A DNA stretch of 64,000 nucleotides from positions 21,606 through 85,605 of the forward strand of contig JBCCAH010000010.1 of assembly GCA_039814925.1 (NCBI GenBank), read 5' to 3'. Made by a program: the position numbers and the translations under genes. This stretch comes from Pseudomonadota bacterium (GTDB lineage Bacteria; Pseudomonadota; Alphaproteobacteria; Sphingomonadales; Sphingomonadaceae). Position 1 is the stretch's first letter. The number at the start of each line of letters is the position of its first letter. The notes below the pieces were generated by a model that did no database searches, had not been told where the DNA came from, and was given only the letters and a program-made list of their open reading frames with translations. Shown one piece after another: positions 52,855-63,694 of this stretch.

Positions 52855-53228
52855 CGCGGCTCACTTTGCACATGGGCGGTGCGCTTTCTCTCATAAGCGC
52901 GATAGACACCGGCGGCCTTGTAATAGCGCAGGACAAACAGAACCGATCCAATCGTCAGCGGCGTCCAAAGTACGACATGCACCCACAAAGGCGGTCGCAC
53001 GAAATCGTCAAACGCCATGGCTGCTAGGATCAGCGCCACGGCCACCACCATGGTGATTAGCCCCGCTATGCGCCCGCCTTTGTCCAACTCAGCCAGCGGC
53101 TCTGCGCACGACGTGCATTCGCCCGCGATCATCGCTGGTGCCTCAAACAAGGTGCGCGCGCCGCAGCTGGGGCAGCGGCCCTCAATGGCGGCTTTGACGA
53201 GGCTGGTTGGTGGCGGGGCGTCAGGCAC
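52851..53228 (-). CDS. DUF983 family protein
   Basis: GRCPSCG ... CTSC, PPLWVHVVLW; GTG start inferred; usual position before surf1. Confidence 0.82.
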   Translation of the reverse strand: MPDAPPPTSLVKAAIEGRCPSCGARTLFEAPAMIAGECTSCAEPLAELDKGGRIAGLITMVVAVALILAAMAFDDFVRPPLWVHVVLWTPLTIGSVLFVLRYYKAAGVYRAYERKRTAHVQSEPR

Positions 53229-53673
53229 CAAAACGGCTCGCGCTGGCAAAGGTGAAAGCGTCTTCGGTCGGGCCGTGTTCGCGCAAGTGGGCCAGCTTCG
53301 CCAGCCCCTCTTGCGGCGTGGGTCGATGCCCGGAATCCACGAACCACAGCGCCTGAAACGGCCCTTCATGCGGTTCAAAGAAACGCGTGCGTTCGCGCAT
53401 CACGTCGGCGTGGTCGGTGCGATAAACATAGGCGGCAAGGCTCGCCGCGTCGCGCCATACGGACATGTTGAGCAAGGAGAGCGGATCGCCGCCCACGGCA
53501 ATGCCGGTCGCGTCCGCGCCGTCTTCGTCCACCAAGCGCCAGATGAAACCGTCTGAACTTTCCGCGATGGCGTTGATCCGGTCGAGATTTTCAAAGAAAT
53601 CGGCCACCTGCGGATCGCCTTCGGGCGCGCGCAAGCGCCCGACATTGATCTGCGCCAATTCACGCTCGTCCAT
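53221..53673 (-). CDS. DUF3291 family protein (ABM-like)
   Basis: LAQINVGRL, AESSDGFIWR, NMSVW, YVYRTDH, LWFV, GPTEDAFTF. Confidence 0.82.
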   Translation of the reverse strand: MDERELAQINVGRLRAPEGDPQVADFFENLDRINAIAESSDGFIWRLVDEDGADATGIAVGGDPLSLLNMSVWRDAASLAAYVYRTDHADVMRERTRFFEPHEGPFQALWFVDSGHRPTPQEGLAKLAHLREHGPTEDAFTFASASRFGA

Positions 53674-53703
53674 CAACCGTCTCCGTCTCTAAGGCACAAA
53701 CCG

Positions 53704-53740
53704 AAAAGGGCAGCCCGGACGATCCCGGACTGCCCTTTTT
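53704..53740 (-). terminator. Terminator after ctaE
   Basis: AAAAGGGCAG...CTGCCCTTTT stem with A/T tracts on both sides. Confidence 0.8.
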
Positions 53741-53767
53741 CGTATTCAGGAGCCGCGCTCCCGGTCA

Positions 53768-54655
53768 TCAGTGAACCGGCGCGCCCCAGCCACCCCAGAC
53801 GTAGACGGCGACGAACAGGAACAACCACACCACATCGACGAAGTGCCAGTACCAAGCCGCCGCTTCGAAACCAAAGTGTTGGCGCGCGGTGAAGTGGCCC
53901 TTGTACGCGCGGAACAGACACACAGCGAGGAAGATGGTGCCGATCGCCACGTGGAAGCCATGGAACCCGGTTGCCATGTAGAACGCCGAGCTAAAGGTGT
54001 TGCCGCCGAACGAAAACGGCGCGACGCTGTATTCGTAAGCCTGGATCATGCTGAAGATGATGCCGAGCGCGATGGTCGCCCATAGGCCCTGCTTGAGACC
54101 TTCGCGATCACCGTGGATCAGCGCGTGGTGCGCCCAGGTGACCGTCGTGCCTGAGCACAGCAAAATGATGGTGTTCAGAAGCGGCAACTGGAAGGCGTTG
54201 AGCACTTCCATGCCGCTCGGCACACGCTCACCCAGCGTGGTCACGCCTTCGGAGATGAACAGGTTGGTCGTTTCATCCCCGCCTTCGCCTTGGATGAATT
54301 CGAGCGGTGCGGGGAACAAGGTGAAATCGAAGAAGGCCCAGAACCAGCCAACAAAAAACATCACTTCCGAAGCGATGAACAGGATCATGCCGTAGCGCAT
54401 GTGCAACTGCACGATAGGCGTGTGATCGCCGCGCTGCGCTTCGACCACGATATTCTTGAACCACATGAAGAAGGTCGCGATCAGGCCGGCAAAGCCAGCC
54501 CACATGACAATCGTCCCGGCCGAACCGAAGGTGTCAGCCGCCGACGGGAAGTTCATCACCATCCCGCTCGTGAAGGTCAGAGCCGATAGCGAGCCGATCA
54601 GCGGCCAGATATCCGGTTCCAGAATGTGATAATCGTGGTTTACTTGTCCGCCCAT
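53768..54655 (-). CDS. ctaE: Cytochrome c oxidase subunit III
   Basis: HDYHI, FIASEVMFF, NTIILLCSG, FHGFHV, YWHFVDVVW. Confidence 0.96.
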   Translation of the reverse strand: MGGQVNHDYHILEPDIWPLIGSLSALTFTSGMVMNFPSAADTFGSAGTIVMWAGFAGLIATFFMWFKNIVVEAQRGDHTPIVQLHMRYGMILFIASEVMFFVGWFWAFFDFTLFPAPLEFIQGEGGDETTNLFISEGVTTLGERVPSGMEVLNAFQLPLLNTIILLCSGTTVTWAHHALIHGDREGLKQGLWATIALGIIFSMIQAYEYSVAPFSFGGNTFSSAFYMATGFHGFHVAIGTIFLAVCLFRAYKGHFTARQHFGFEAAAWYWHFVDVVWLFLFVAVYVWGGWGAPVH

Positions 54656-54688
54656 GATGCGTTTCCCGTCGCTGGCTTTCGATTCAAA

Positions 54689-55282
54689 TTAGCTTGGCTC
54701 TTGAGCCGTCGATACGGGCTCAATCGCGCGGTGAAAAGTGTAACTGAGCGTGATTTGCTCCACGTCAGCCATAAATTCGTCTTCCAGGATCGCCGGGTCA
54801 ACATAATAGACGACCGGCATCTGCACTTCCTGACCCGGTTGAAGGGTCTGCTCGGTGAAGCAGAAGCATTGGACTTTGTTGAAGTAGAGACCCGCCTGCG
54901 CCGGTTCGACGTTGAAGGTCGCCGTACCCGTGATCGGCTCGTCACCATCGTTGCGCGCCACGTAAACCGCCATATCGCGTTGCCCAATAGTAACCGTATC
55001 GGTCGTCTGCGCAGGCTTGAACGTCCAGGGCACATCAATCGCGGTCGAGCCGTCGAAACGGATCGACATGGTCTGCCCCGTCGCCGCGGCCGCAGCGTTG
55101 GCCGCCTGCGCGTCCGTCGCCACCTGCGTGGTCCCGCCAAACCCTGTGACCTGACAGAACAGACGATAAAGCGGGACAGAAGCGAACCCTAACCCGACCA
55201 TAGCGGCGGCCAAGGCCAGCGCCATCAGGCCGGTGCGCGCGTTGGCGCGCTGTGTTTGGAGATCAAGCGGAGCACTCGCCAT
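54689..55282 (-). CDS. ctaG: Cytochrome c oxidase assembly protein Cox11/CtaG
   Basis: VPLYRLFCQVTGFGGT, YFNKVQCFCF, LSYTF. Confidence 0.95.
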   Translation of the reverse strand: MASAPLDLQTQRANARTGLMALALAAAMVGLGFASVPLYRLFCQVTGFGGTTQVATDAQAANAAAAATGQTMSIRFDGSTAIDVPWTFKPAQTTDTVTIGQRDMAVYVARNDGDEPITGTATFNVEPAQAGLYFNKVQCFCFTEQTLQPGQEVQMPVVYYVDPAILEDEFMADVEQITLSYTFHRAIEPVSTAQEPS

Positions 55283-55410
55283 CACTGCGCTCCAAGTCGG
55301 GCGATGGTGATAAGATAGAACAGCACCACGAAGAAAATCAGCGTTCCGGCCAAAACCAGATTGCGGCTGCGTTGGCGGCGTTTGAATTCGGCTTCTTCTT
55401 CGGGCGTCAT
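55282..55410 (-). CDS. 42-aa single-TM protein (CoxF-like), not in the ORF track
   Basis: [42 protein letters not shown]; TGATG overlaps with both ctaB and ctaG. Confidence 0.85.
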   Translation of the reverse strand: MTPEEEAEFKRRQRSRNLVLAGTLIFFVVLFYLITIARLGAQ

Positions 55411-56408
55411 CAGAGTACGCCTCCAGCCATCATGCCCGGACCGATCAGGCCCTGGGCCTCAAGCACGCGATCCGCGACCAAGGCTGCGAAGAGCGCGAAA
55501 AGGTAGACGATGCTGAATTTGAAAAGCCGGATTTCCTCGGCCATCGGATCGCCTTCTCCCATTACGGCGTTGCGACGCGCGACGGGCAGAGCAAGCGCTA
55601 TGAAAAGGAGCGACAAGACGACAGCGGTGCTGCCGTAGAGCCAGCTCGTTCCACCAATCAGCCAAGGTGCGATTGTGAAGGGAGCAAGCAGCAGAGTGTA
55701 GACCCAGATGTGATTGCGCGTCGTCCGCTCACCGGCGACCACTGGGAGCATTGGAATGCCAACCTTCGCGTAATCCGTCTTTACGAACAACGCGAGCGCC
55801 CAAAAGTGCGGCGGGGTCCACATGAAGATTATAGCGAAGAGTAGGATCGGCATCGCCGTGACTTCGCCCGTCACTGCGACCCAACCGATTAGCGGAGGAA
55901 ACGCACCCGCGCCGCCTCCGATCACGATGTTCTGCGGCGTGCGCGGTTTGAGCCACATCGTGTAAATAACGGCGTAATAGATAATCGCGACGAGCAACAA
56001 CGCCGAGGCGAGCCAGCCCACGGCAAGGCCCATCAGAACCAGCGAAACGCCCGACAGGAACAACCCGAAATCGCGCGCGTCGTCACGCGCAACACGGCCA
56101 CCAGGCAAAGGCCGATTAGCCGTGCGTTTCATCCCGGCGTCGATGTCGGCTTCCCACCATTGGTTGAGAACCGCGGATCCGCCCGCGCCCATCGCAATCG
56201 CGAGCACGGCGGTGAAGCCGAGCACCGGATGGATTGTGCCAGGAGCCGCCAGTAATCCACAGATCGCGGTGAAGATCACCAGCGTCATCACGCGCGGCTT
56301 GGTCAGAGCGAAAAAGTCACGCCACTCCGCTGGCAGGCGGGTGGTTTGCACCGGCGCGCCGCCCTGCAACAGGGCTCTGTCTGGAGTGGATGATGGGCTT
56401 GCGCTCAT
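55410..56408 (-). CDS. ctaB: Protoheme IX farnesyltransferase (heme O synthase)
   Basis: [44 protein letters not shown]. Confidence 0.95.
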   Translation of the reverse strand: MSASPSSTPDRALLQGGAPVQTTRLPAEWRDFFALTKPRVMTLVIFTAICGLLAAPGTIHPVLGFTAVLAIAMGAGGSAVLNQWWEADIDAGMKRTANRPLPGGRVARDDARDFGLFLSGVSLVLMGLAVGWLASALLLVAIIYYAVIYTMWLKPRTPQNIVIGGGAGAFPPLIGWVAVTGEVTAMPILLFAIIFMWTPPHFWALALFVKTDYAKVGIPMLPVVAGERTTRNHIWVYTLLLAPFTIAPWLIGGTSWLYGSTAVVLSLLFIALALPVARRNAVMGEGDPMAEEIRLFKFSIVYLFALFAALVADRVLEAQGLIGPGMMAGGVL

Positions 56409-56434
56409 GGGTCTCTGTGTCTTGCCTCGTCTTC

Positions 56435-56466
56435 AAAAAGGAGCGCACCTTTGTCAGGCGCGCTCC
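56435..56466 (-). terminator. Rho-independent terminator after ctaD
   Basis: Stem GGAGCGCACCT/AGGCGCGCTCC followed by TTTTT on the minus strand. Confidence 0.7.
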
Positions 56467-56517
56467 CCATTTGTTAGGTTGGTAGCCGGGGTGATCCGGC
56501 CTCGCATGCCGTGCGCC

Positions 56518-58224
56518 TTACTCAGCGGGCTGGGCGCCGGCGGGCATGTGGTTGTGGTAATCGTGGTGGTCCTCGATCACCGGAAGCGTTTCGAATTGGT
56601 GGAACGGCGGCGGGCTCGTCAGAGTCCATTCCAGCGTCGTTGCGCCTTCGCCCCACGGATTGTTCTCGGCTTTGCGTCCGCCAAGGAAAGCGTAGGCAAT
56701 GTTGACGAAGAACACCGCGACCGAAGCCAGCACCACGGCGTAGCCGAGCGAGCTGATTTCGTTCCAATAGGCAAACGCCTCAGGATAGTCGGGGTAGCGG
56801 CGCGGCATGCCCTGCATTCCCAAGAAGTGCTGCGGGAAGAACACGATGTTCACGCCGATGAAGAACGCCCAGAAGTGGATGTGGCTGAGCAGTTCAGAGT
56901 GCATCCGGCCGCTCATCTTCGGGAACCAGTAGTAGAAACCGGCAAACATCGAGAAGACAGCGCCCATCGACAGAACGTAGTGGAAGTGAGCGACCACGTA
57001 GTAGGTGTCGTGCAGGTTGTCGTCGATGCCGCCATTGGCAAGCACAACACCGGTCACACCGCCCACGGTGAACAGGAAGATGAAGCCCAGCGACCAGACC
57101 ATCGGCGATTTAAACTCGAGGCTACCGCCCCACATCGTCGCGATCCAGCTGAAGATTTTCACGCCCGTCGGGACAGCGATAACCATCGTCGCGGCGGTGA
57201 AGTACATCTTCGTGTTCACGTCGAGGCCGACCGTATACATGTGGTGCGCCCACACGATAAAGCCAACGACACCAATGGCGACCATGGCGTAGGCCATACC
57301 GAGGTAACCGAAGACCGGCTTACGGCTGAAGGTCGCGACGATCTGCGAGATCATGCCAAAGCCCGGCAGGATCATGATGTACACTTCGGGGTGACCGAAG
57401 AACCAGAACAGGTGCTGGTACAGGACCGGATCGCCGCCACCAGCGGGATCGAAGAAGGTCGTGCCAAAGTTACGGTCGGTCAGCAGCATCGTGATCGCCG
57501 CCGCCAGAACCGGCAGGGCAAGCAGCAGCAGGAAGGCCGTGACCAGCACCGACCACACGAACAGCGGCATTTTGTGCAGGGTCATACCCGGCGCGCGCAT
57601 GTTGAAAATGGTGGTGATGAAGTTGGTGGCACCCAGGATCGAACCAGCGCCCGCAAGGTGAAGCGAGAAGATCGCGAAGTCGACCGCCGGACCGACCGAA
57701 CCTGTCGTCGAAAGCGGCGCGTAGACCGTCCAGCCAACGCCGGCGCCTTGACCGCCGCCACCGGGGACAAACATCGAGAACAGCAGGCTCAGGAAACCAG
57801 CGACCGTCAGCCAAAACGACACGTTGTTCATGCGCGGGAAGGCCATGTCCGGCGCGCCGATCATCAGCGGGACAAACCAGTTACCAAAGCCGCCAATCAT
57901 GGCCGGCATGACCATGAAGAACACCATGATCAGGCCGTGCGCGGTGATAAACACGTTCCACATATGACCCGCGGCTGCGAGATTTTCGGGCGAGGAACCG
58001 GCGAACCACCATAGATATTGAATGCCCGGCTCGTACAGCTCGAGGCGCATGATGCCCGAGATCGCGCCACCAATGATACCCGCGACAATCGCGAAGATCA
58101 GGTAGAGCGTACCGATATCCTTGTGGTTGGTCGACATGAACCAACGGGCGAAGAAGCCCGGCTTGTGATCCGCATGCGCGTGATCGTCGTGGTGTGCGTC
58201 GAAACCTTCAGCAGTGGTGGCCAT
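56518..58224 (-). CDS. ctaD: Cytochrome c oxidase subunit I (aa3, A1 type)
   Basis: [35 protein letters not shown]. Confidence 0.98.
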   Translation of the reverse strand: MATTAEGFDAHHDDHAHADHKPGFFARWFMSTNHKDIGTLYLIFAIVAGIIGGAISGIMRLELYEPGIQYLWWFAGSSPENLAAAGHMWNVFITAHGLIMVFFMVMPAMIGGFGNWFVPLMIGAPDMAFPRMNNVSFWLTVAGFLSLLFSMFVPGGGGQGAGVGWTVYAPLSTTGSVGPAVDFAIFSLHLAGAGSILGATNFITTIFNMRAPGMTLHKMPLFVWSVLVTAFLLLLALPVLAAAITMLLTDRNFGTTFFDPAGGGDPVLYQHLFWFFGHPEVYIMILPGFGMISQIVATFSRKPVFGYLGMAYAMVAIGVVGFIVWAHHMYTVGLDVNTKMYFTAATMVIAVPTGVKIFSWIATMWGGSLEFKSPMVWSLGFIFLFTVGGVTGVVLANGGIDDNLHDTYYVVAHFHYVLSMGAVFSMFAGFYYWFPKMSGRMHSELLSHIHFWAFFIGVNIVFFPQHFLGMQGMPRRYPDYPEAFAYWNEISSLGYAVVLASVAVFFVNIAYAFLGGRKAENNPWGEGATTLEWTLTSPPPFHQFETLPVIEDHHDYHNHMPAGAQPAE

Positions 58225-58278
58225 GGTTCAGTCTATCCCAGTTTCGCAAATTCGTTTTCGTATTCGTTCTTAGTCGGT

Positions 58279-59292
58279 TCAGTTCGCCAACGCGACTTCG
58301 GTCGGAGCTTCTTCGGCTTCACCGTCAGCTTCAGCAACCTCAGTTCCGGGGATTTCCCCGCCCTGCTCCAGCACCCACGCTTCGAATTTTTCGCGCGGAA
58401 GAGCTTCAACAGCAATCGGCATGAACCCGTGCAGCGTTCCGCACAGCTCCGAGCACTGACCGTAATAGACACCCTCGGGAATGCCCTCGATCAGCTTTTC
58501 GTTCAGTCGGCCAGGAACCGCATCTTGTTTGAACCACAGTGCGGGCACCGCGAAAGCGTGGATCACGTCGGCAGCCGTCGTCTGGATACGCAGCGGCGTG
58601 TCGGCCGGAACAACCATGCGGTTGTCGACCGCCAGCTGATACGGCTCACCATCAGCCAGCGCGTCGGCCTTCTTCTTCATGTTAGAAACGACCTCAAAGC
58701 CACCATGGTCGGGATACTCATATCCCCAGTACCACTGATAGCCGATCGCCTTGATCGTCACGGCATCCTCGGGCGGTGTTTCGTATTGGCGCGCCAGAAG
58801 CGTCATCGACGGAACCGCGATAACCACCAGAATGGCCGCGGGAAGAATCGTCCAGATCACTTCGATCGCGGTGTTGTGAGTGGTTTTCGACGGCGCCGGA
58901 TTCGCACGGCGGCTGAAACGCACCATCGTGTAAAGCAGAAGACCAAGCACCAAAAGGCTGATACCCGTGATCACCGGAAGCAGGAACCAGTTGTGCATCC
59001 ACAGCGCGTATTCACCCGTGCCGGTGTATTGGTCCTGGAAGGTGAGCGACTTCATAAACGAGCCCTCACGGCCATCGCGCGGATCAGTGGGCATTCCTTT
59101 GTCGATCGTGGGAGCCATCGGCGTGTAGCCAGCGGTCTCCGCAGGAGCGGCCTCGACCGTTTCTACCGCGACGTCTTCCGCCACAGCCACGTCTTCTTGA
59201 GCGAGCGCAGCCGGTGCGAAAGCAGCGCTCAGCAGCGCAACCAATGCAAGCAAGGTGACCTTAATACGGCCGAGTTGTTGACCCATGTCCAT
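58279..59292 (-). CDS. ctaC: Cytochrome c oxidase subunit II
   Basis: IEVIWT, GYQWYW, DVIHAF, CSELCGTLHGFM CuA motif. Confidence 0.96.
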   Translation of the reverse strand: MDMGQQLGRIKVTLLALVALLSAAFAPAALAQEDVAVAEDVAVETVEAAPAETAGYTPMAPTIDKGMPTDPRDGREGSFMKSLTFQDQYTGTGEYALWMHNWFLLPVITGISLLVLGLLLYTMVRFSRRANPAPSKTTHNTAIEVIWTILPAAILVVIAVPSMTLLARQYETPPEDAVTIKAIGYQWYWGYEYPDHGGFEVVSNMKKKADALADGEPYQLAVDNRMVVPADTPLRIQTTAADVIHAFAVPALWFKQDAVPGRLNEKLIEGIPEGVYYGQCSELCGTLHGFMPIAVEALPREKFEAWVLEQGGEIPGTEVAEADGEAEEAPTEVALAN

Positions 59293-59519
59293 GCGTCCAA
59301 TGTTATCCAGTATTAATCCCAAAACGCCCCGCCATTCCGGCTTGAAACACGATCGAGTTCGTGAAGGCGCGCACCGACAGTTCATGCCGATATTGAAGCC
59401 CCCATTAGCCGCGCTTGCTCCGGCTCTCAAGCGCTTCTAGGGAGAAAATTATGCAAGCGGGCGTGTTGCTCGCGCAATTTCGCTGAGTTTTCCCTTATCA
59501 ATTCGGATGATAGCCACGC

Positions 59520-60125
59520 ATGAACGCTCCTTCTCACACCGCTATGACAACAGACCAAGTTCTCGCGGAGTTTCGCGAGAGTGGAGCCCTATTAGAGGGG
59601 CACTTCAAGCTTTCTTCGGGACGCCATAGTGGACACTACCTGCAATGCGCCCGCGTTCTCATGCGCCCATCACGCGCGGCGCGGTTGGCCGAAGCAGTGG
59701 TCGCGAATATCCCCAGCGATGTTTTGTCACTGGTCGATAGCGTCGTGAGTCCAGCTATGGGCGGTATTATCATCGGGCAGGAAGTCGCGCGGGTCCTGGA
59801 CAAGGACGCGCTGTTTCTCGAACGGCCCGATGGCGTCTTTCATCTCCGCCGCGGATTCGCCCTCTCCCCCGGCGATAAGGTTTTGATGGTCGAAGACGTC
59901 GTCACCACCGGACTTTCCAGCCGCGAAGCCATTGCCGCGGTCGCGAATGAAGGCGGCGAGGTGGTCGCCGAATGTTCGCTTATCGACCGGTCGCTGGGCA
60001 GCGTCGATTTGGGCGTGCCGTTCTATCCGCTGGCCGCGTTTGATTTCCCGACCTACGATGAAGCGGGCATCCCGCCCGAACTGGCCGCCGTACCTGTCAG
60101 CAAGCCCGGCAGTCGCAAGGAATAG
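59520..60125 (+). CDS. pyrE: Orotate phosphoribosyltransferase
   Basis: LEGHFKLSSGRHS, YLQCA, MVEDVVTTG. Confidence 0.95.
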   Translation: MNAPSHTAMTTDQVLAEFRESGALLEGHFKLSSGRHSGHYLQCARVLMRPSRAARLAEAVVANIPSDVLSLVDSVVSPAMGGIIIGQEVARVLDKDALFLERPDGVFHLRRGFALSPGDKVLMVEDVVTTGLSSREAIAAVANEGGEVVAECSLIDRSLGSVDLGVPFYPLAAFDFPTYDEAGIPPELAAVPVSKPGSRKE

Positions 60126-60133
60126 GCCACTTC

Positions 60134-61243
60134 ATGCTCCGCCCCATCGCAACTTTGGCGCTAGCCCTTGTGGGATCGGCGGCGGCGGCGACCGTCAGCG
60201 CGCAGGATGGCTTTAACGACACCGGCGTGGCCGCGCTCATCAGGCAATCGGGCTTCGACGGCGATATCGCCATCTCCACCCGGATCAACGATCCCGCCTA
60301 TCTCGGTCCGCGTTACGCTTGGAGGGCCCTTTTGCCCGAACCCTATCGCGGGGATGGCGATGGCCTGACATGGCGCTGGGCTTCGGTTACCAAGCAAATC
60401 GTCGCGATTCTTGTGATGCAGCAGGTGGAACGCGGCAACCTTGCGCTCGACAAACCAGTGGCAAACTATCTGCCGGATTTCGAAAGCCCCAACGCGGACA
60501 AAGTCACCATTCGTCAATTGCTGCAACATCAAAGCGGACTGCCCAACCCGGATGAATCTGTCGATGAAGCGGGCAACCCCAATGCGTTTTACGAACCCGA
60601 TTTCGCGGACAGTCGCGACCCCGTTATCGGCTATTGTGCAGGACCCGTCACCGGCGGGCCGGGCAACAATTGGTCCTATAACAATTGCGATTACATGGTT
60701 CTGGGCGCGGTGCTGGAGGGCGTTACCGGGCTTAGCTGGGACGCTCTTTTCGCGCGCGATATCGCTGAGCCCGCTGAGCTTGCGCTTGTGGGGGCCTATC
60801 CCGGCGAAGACTTCACGCGCTGGGGCTGGCTTGGCGACACGCGCGAGGTGAAATTCGACCTTTCGGTCTATGGCGCATCGGCTGGGCTATACGGCAGTCC
60901 CGAAGATCTGATCCGCATCGATAACGCGTTGATGCGCGGCGACTTGCTGGGGCCAGAGGCGCTGGCGCAAATTTGGGACGGTGATCGCGCGCTGGGCTTT
61001 ATGGCGCTGGGGCAATGGGTTTTCGAAGCGCGCCTTGAAGGCTGCGAGAGCCCCCTGCGCGTGATCGAGCGGCGCGGCGATATTGGCGCTGTTCAAGTGC
61101 GCAACTTCATCCTGCCCGAGCGCGAAATGGCCGTCGTCGCCTTCTCCCAGCGCAAACCCTTCGAGTTTGGAGAGATCTGGATGGGTCAGGGTTTCTCATT
61201 CGACTTGCTTTCAACCGCTGTGTGCCAAACAGAGGCTTCATGA
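60134..61243 (+). CDS. Serine hydrolase, beta-lactamase/class C-like family
   Basis: Signal peptide; SxxK (ASVTK), LLQHQSGL, WSYNN. Confidence 0.85.
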   Translation: MLRPIATLALALVGSAAAATVSAQDGFNDTGVAALIRQSGFDGDIAISTRINDPAYLGPRYAWRALLPEPYRGDGDGLTWRWASVTKQIVAILVMQQVERGNLALDKPVANYLPDFESPNADKVTIRQLLQHQSGLPNPDESVDEAGNPNAFYEPDFADSRDPVIGYCAGPVTGGPGNNWSYNNCDYMVLGAVLEGVTGLSWDALFARDIAEPAELALVGAYPGEDFTRWGWLGDTREVKFDLSVYGASAGLYGSPEDLIRIDNALMRGDLLGPEALAQIWDGDRALGFMALGQWVFEARLEGCESPLRVIERRGDIGAVQVRNFILPEREMAVVAFSQRKPFEFGEIWMGQGFSFDLLSTAVCQTEAS

Positions 61244-61998
61244 CACCAAACCACTCGCTCACCGCGCGCCTGCGCCTTGGCGTGAATATCGATCACGTGG
61301 CCACGATCCGCAACGCGCGCGGCGGGGATCATCCTGATCCGGTGCGCGCGGCGCAAATCGTCGCGAGTGTTGGTGGAGATGGCATCACCGCGCACTTGCG
61401 CGAAGATCGACGCCATATCCGTGATGAGGATTTGGCCCGAATCCAGGAATCGACCGATCTGCCGCTCAATCTGGAAATGGCCGCGACGCCCGAAATGCTC
61501 GACATCGCGCTGCGCCACAAACCGCACGCGGCGTGTATCGTGCCCGAAAAACGCGAAGAGCGCACCACCGAAGGCGGGCTCGACGCCGCGGGGCTGGACA
61601 ACACGCTGGCGCCGATTGTGGAGCGACTGCGCGAGGCGGGTATTCGCGTCTCGCTGTTTATCGAAGCGAACGAGCGGCAACTGGACGCGGCTCTGCGCCT
61701 TGGCGCGCCGGTCGTCGAATTCCACACTGGCGAATACGCGCACGCCTTCCTTGACGGCGACAACGAGAAAGTCGCGAGCGAGGTGAAGCGCATTTCCGAC
61801 ATGGCCGCGCTCGCCGCCAAAAACGGAATTGAACCGCACGCTGGCCACGGCCTCACATTCGAGAACGTCCAACCGATCGCCGCCATCCCGCAAATCGCAG
61901 AGCTTAATATCGGCCACTATCTGATCGGAGAGGCGGTGTTTATCGGCCTTGAAGGCGCGATCCGCCGGATGCGCGATCTGATGGACGACGCGCGATGA
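61240..61998 (+). CDS. pdxJ: Pyridoxine 5'-phosphate synthase
   Basis: LGVNIDHVATIRNARG, HLREDRRHI, VPEKREERTTEGG, HAGHGL, ELNIGH. Confidence 0.97.
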   Translation: MTPNHSLTARLRLGVNIDHVATIRNARGGDHPDPVRAAQIVASVGGDGITAHLREDRRHIRDEDLARIQESTDLPLNLEMAATPEMLDIALRHKPHAACIVPEKREERTTEGGLDAAGLDNTLAPIVERLREAGIRVSLFIEANERQLDAALRLGAPVVEFHTGEYAHAFLDGDNEKVASEVKRISDMAALAAKNGIEPHAGHGLTFENVQPIAAIPQIAELNIGHYLIGEAVFIGLEGAIRRMRDLMDDAR

Positions 61999-62270
61999 GT
62001 GAGCCCCAGGCCGAACTCACAAAGGAACAAACTCGTTGGGCAATGGCCGCAGCGGTGCTGTTCCTGTGCGCGGTCGGGCTGCTAGGATACGCCTTCGCCA
62101 GCGGCACGCTGCTGCCCTTTGCGGGCGGTTGGCTGATTCTGCAGATGTTCGGCTATGTCGGCGCTCTGCGATTTGCCCATGGCGACCTTGCGCATCCCTT
62201 GTTCAAGAGCCAGGTGATGCTGCATGCGATTGCCTTCATGCTGGTCATTGGACTGCTGGTTCGAGGCTGA
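61995..62270 (+). CDS. Small hypothetical membrane protein
   Basis: ATGA overlap with pdxJ; about 3 TM; fills the gap to acpS. Confidence 0.7.
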   Translation: MSEPQAELTKEQTRWAMAAAVLFLCAVGLLGYAFASGTLLPFAGGWLILQMFGYVGALRFAHGDLAHPLFKSQVMLHAIAFMLVIGLLVRG

Positions 62271-62281
62271 GGAGAGACTCT

Positions 62282-62686
62282 ATGATCATCGGCCTGGGAT
62301 CGGACCTGTGCAATATTGAACGCATCGCCAACTCGCTCGACCGGTTTGGCGAACGCTTTGAAAACCGAGTCTTCACCGAAACCGAGCGCGCCAAGGCCCG
62401 CCGTCGGCCCTTCACCATCGCGGGCACCTACGCGAAACGCTTCGCCGCCAAGGAAGCGTTCAGCAAGGCGGTGGGCACCGGTTTTCGACGCGGCGTCTTT
62501 ATGAAAGATATCGGCGTGGTCAACGCGCCCAGCGGCGCGCCGACCCTTGCGCTGACCGGTGGAGCGGCAAAGCGGCTTGAAGAAATGATCCCCGAAGGGC
62601 ATGAGGCGGCCATTCATCTCACCCTAACCGACGATCACCCATGGGCGCAGGCCTTCGTGATCATCGAAGCGACACCCAAGGGTTGA
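62282..62686 (+). CDS. acpS: Holo-ACP synthase
   Basis: [28 protein letters not shown]. Confidence 0.95.
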   Translation: MIIGLGSDLCNIERIANSLDRFGERFENRVFTETERAKARRRPFTIAGTYAKRFAAKEAFSKAVGTGFRRGVFMKDIGVVNAPSGAPTLALTGGAAKRLEEMIPEGHEAAIHLTLTDDHPWAQAFVIIEATPKG

Positions 62687-62720
62687 GCAACCGGCCCTGA
62701 AACGCAACGAAAAGAAGAAC

Positions 62721-63659
62721 TTGAGCCAGCCTGACACCCCCGCTTCCGCGCCCGACGCTGACACCACGGCTTCTGTTGAGGCCGAAGCCAAGACGGATTC
62801 GCCCACAACGACCGAGGCTGAAAAGCCTGAGGAGAAGGTCAATTGGCTCGCCGAATTGCGCGGCCTGGCGCTTATGCTGCTCGCGGTTCTGGCGTTTCAC
62901 AGCCTTGTGGCCAAGCCATTCTACATTCCGTCCACCTCTATGATGCCGACGCTGCATGTTGGCGACCGGCTGGTGGTCAGCAAGTACCCCTATGGCTGGT
63001 CCTGGGCCTCAGCGAGCTTTCACATGTTGCCGCGCAGCGATTGGCGGATCTGGGCCGACACGCCCGAATATGGCGACATCGTCATTCCGGTTCACCCGCT
63101 GCGAAACGAGGACTACATCAAGCGCGTCGTCGCCTTACCCGGCGACACGATCGAAGTGCGCGATGGCCGCATCATCCTCAACGGAGAAATGGTCAAACGC
63201 GAAGTCGTGCCGCCGGTTCGCATCCCGTTTGAGCCGGACTTGCTGTGCAACGGAGCGCCGTGCCTCTCGAGCTTTTCGCGTTTTCTGCAACGAGACGCTT
63301 CGGGCGCGCAGTTTTACGAGCCCCCCACTTATCGCGAAACACTGCCAAATGGCGCGTCCTACCTGATCATTGATCACAACAATCAGCCGCTCGACAATTA
63401 CGGCCCTTACCCTGTTCCGGAAGATTCCGTCTTCGTGATGGGCGACAACCGCGACGAAAGCGCGGACAGCCGCGCTCGAGCTGAAGCGCGCGGTCTGGGC
63501 GATGCCATCCCGCTTGAAAATGTCGGTGGACGCGCAGAATTCATCACTTTCAGCCTGGATGGTTCGACCAGCTGGAACCCGATTTCGTGGTTCACGAGCC
63601 TGCGTGGTGACCGCGCATGGACGACGCTGCGCCCGGCAAAGTCGGAAACGGCTGAATAA
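62721..63659 (+). CDS. lepB: Signal peptidase I
   Basis: PFYIPSTSM (Ser), DYIKRV (Lys), FVMGDNRDESADSR. Confidence 0.94.
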   Translation: MSQPDTPASAPDADTTASVEAEAKTDSPTTTEAEKPEEKVNWLAELRGLALMLLAVLAFHSLVAKPFYIPSTSMMPTLHVGDRLVVSKYPYGWSWASASFHMLPRSDWRIWADTPEYGDIVIPVHPLRNEDYIKRVVALPGDTIEVRDGRIILNGEMVKREVVPPVRIPFEPDLLCNGAPCLSSFSRFLQRDASGAQFYEPPTYRETLPNGASYLIIDHNNQPLDNYGPYPVPEDSVFVMGDNRDESADSRARAEARGLGDAIPLENVGGRAEFITFSLDGSTSWNPISWFTSLRGDRAWTTLRPAKSETAE

Positions 63660-63694
63660 CAACGTCTCTTAGACGCACGGACTGAAACAGCGCC

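Noticed and set aside
56122-59316. Long plus-strand ORFs (630 aa and 432 aa) opposite ctaD/ctaC; similar ones opposite ettA, dinG and lysS
   Set aside because: Typical high-GC antisense shadows of strongly biased genes
59293-59519. RegA/RegR- or FNR-type site in the ctaC-pyrE divergent promoter
   Set aside because: GCGGGC-N5-GCTCGC does not fit the RegR box length and no TTGAT-N4-ATCAA is present
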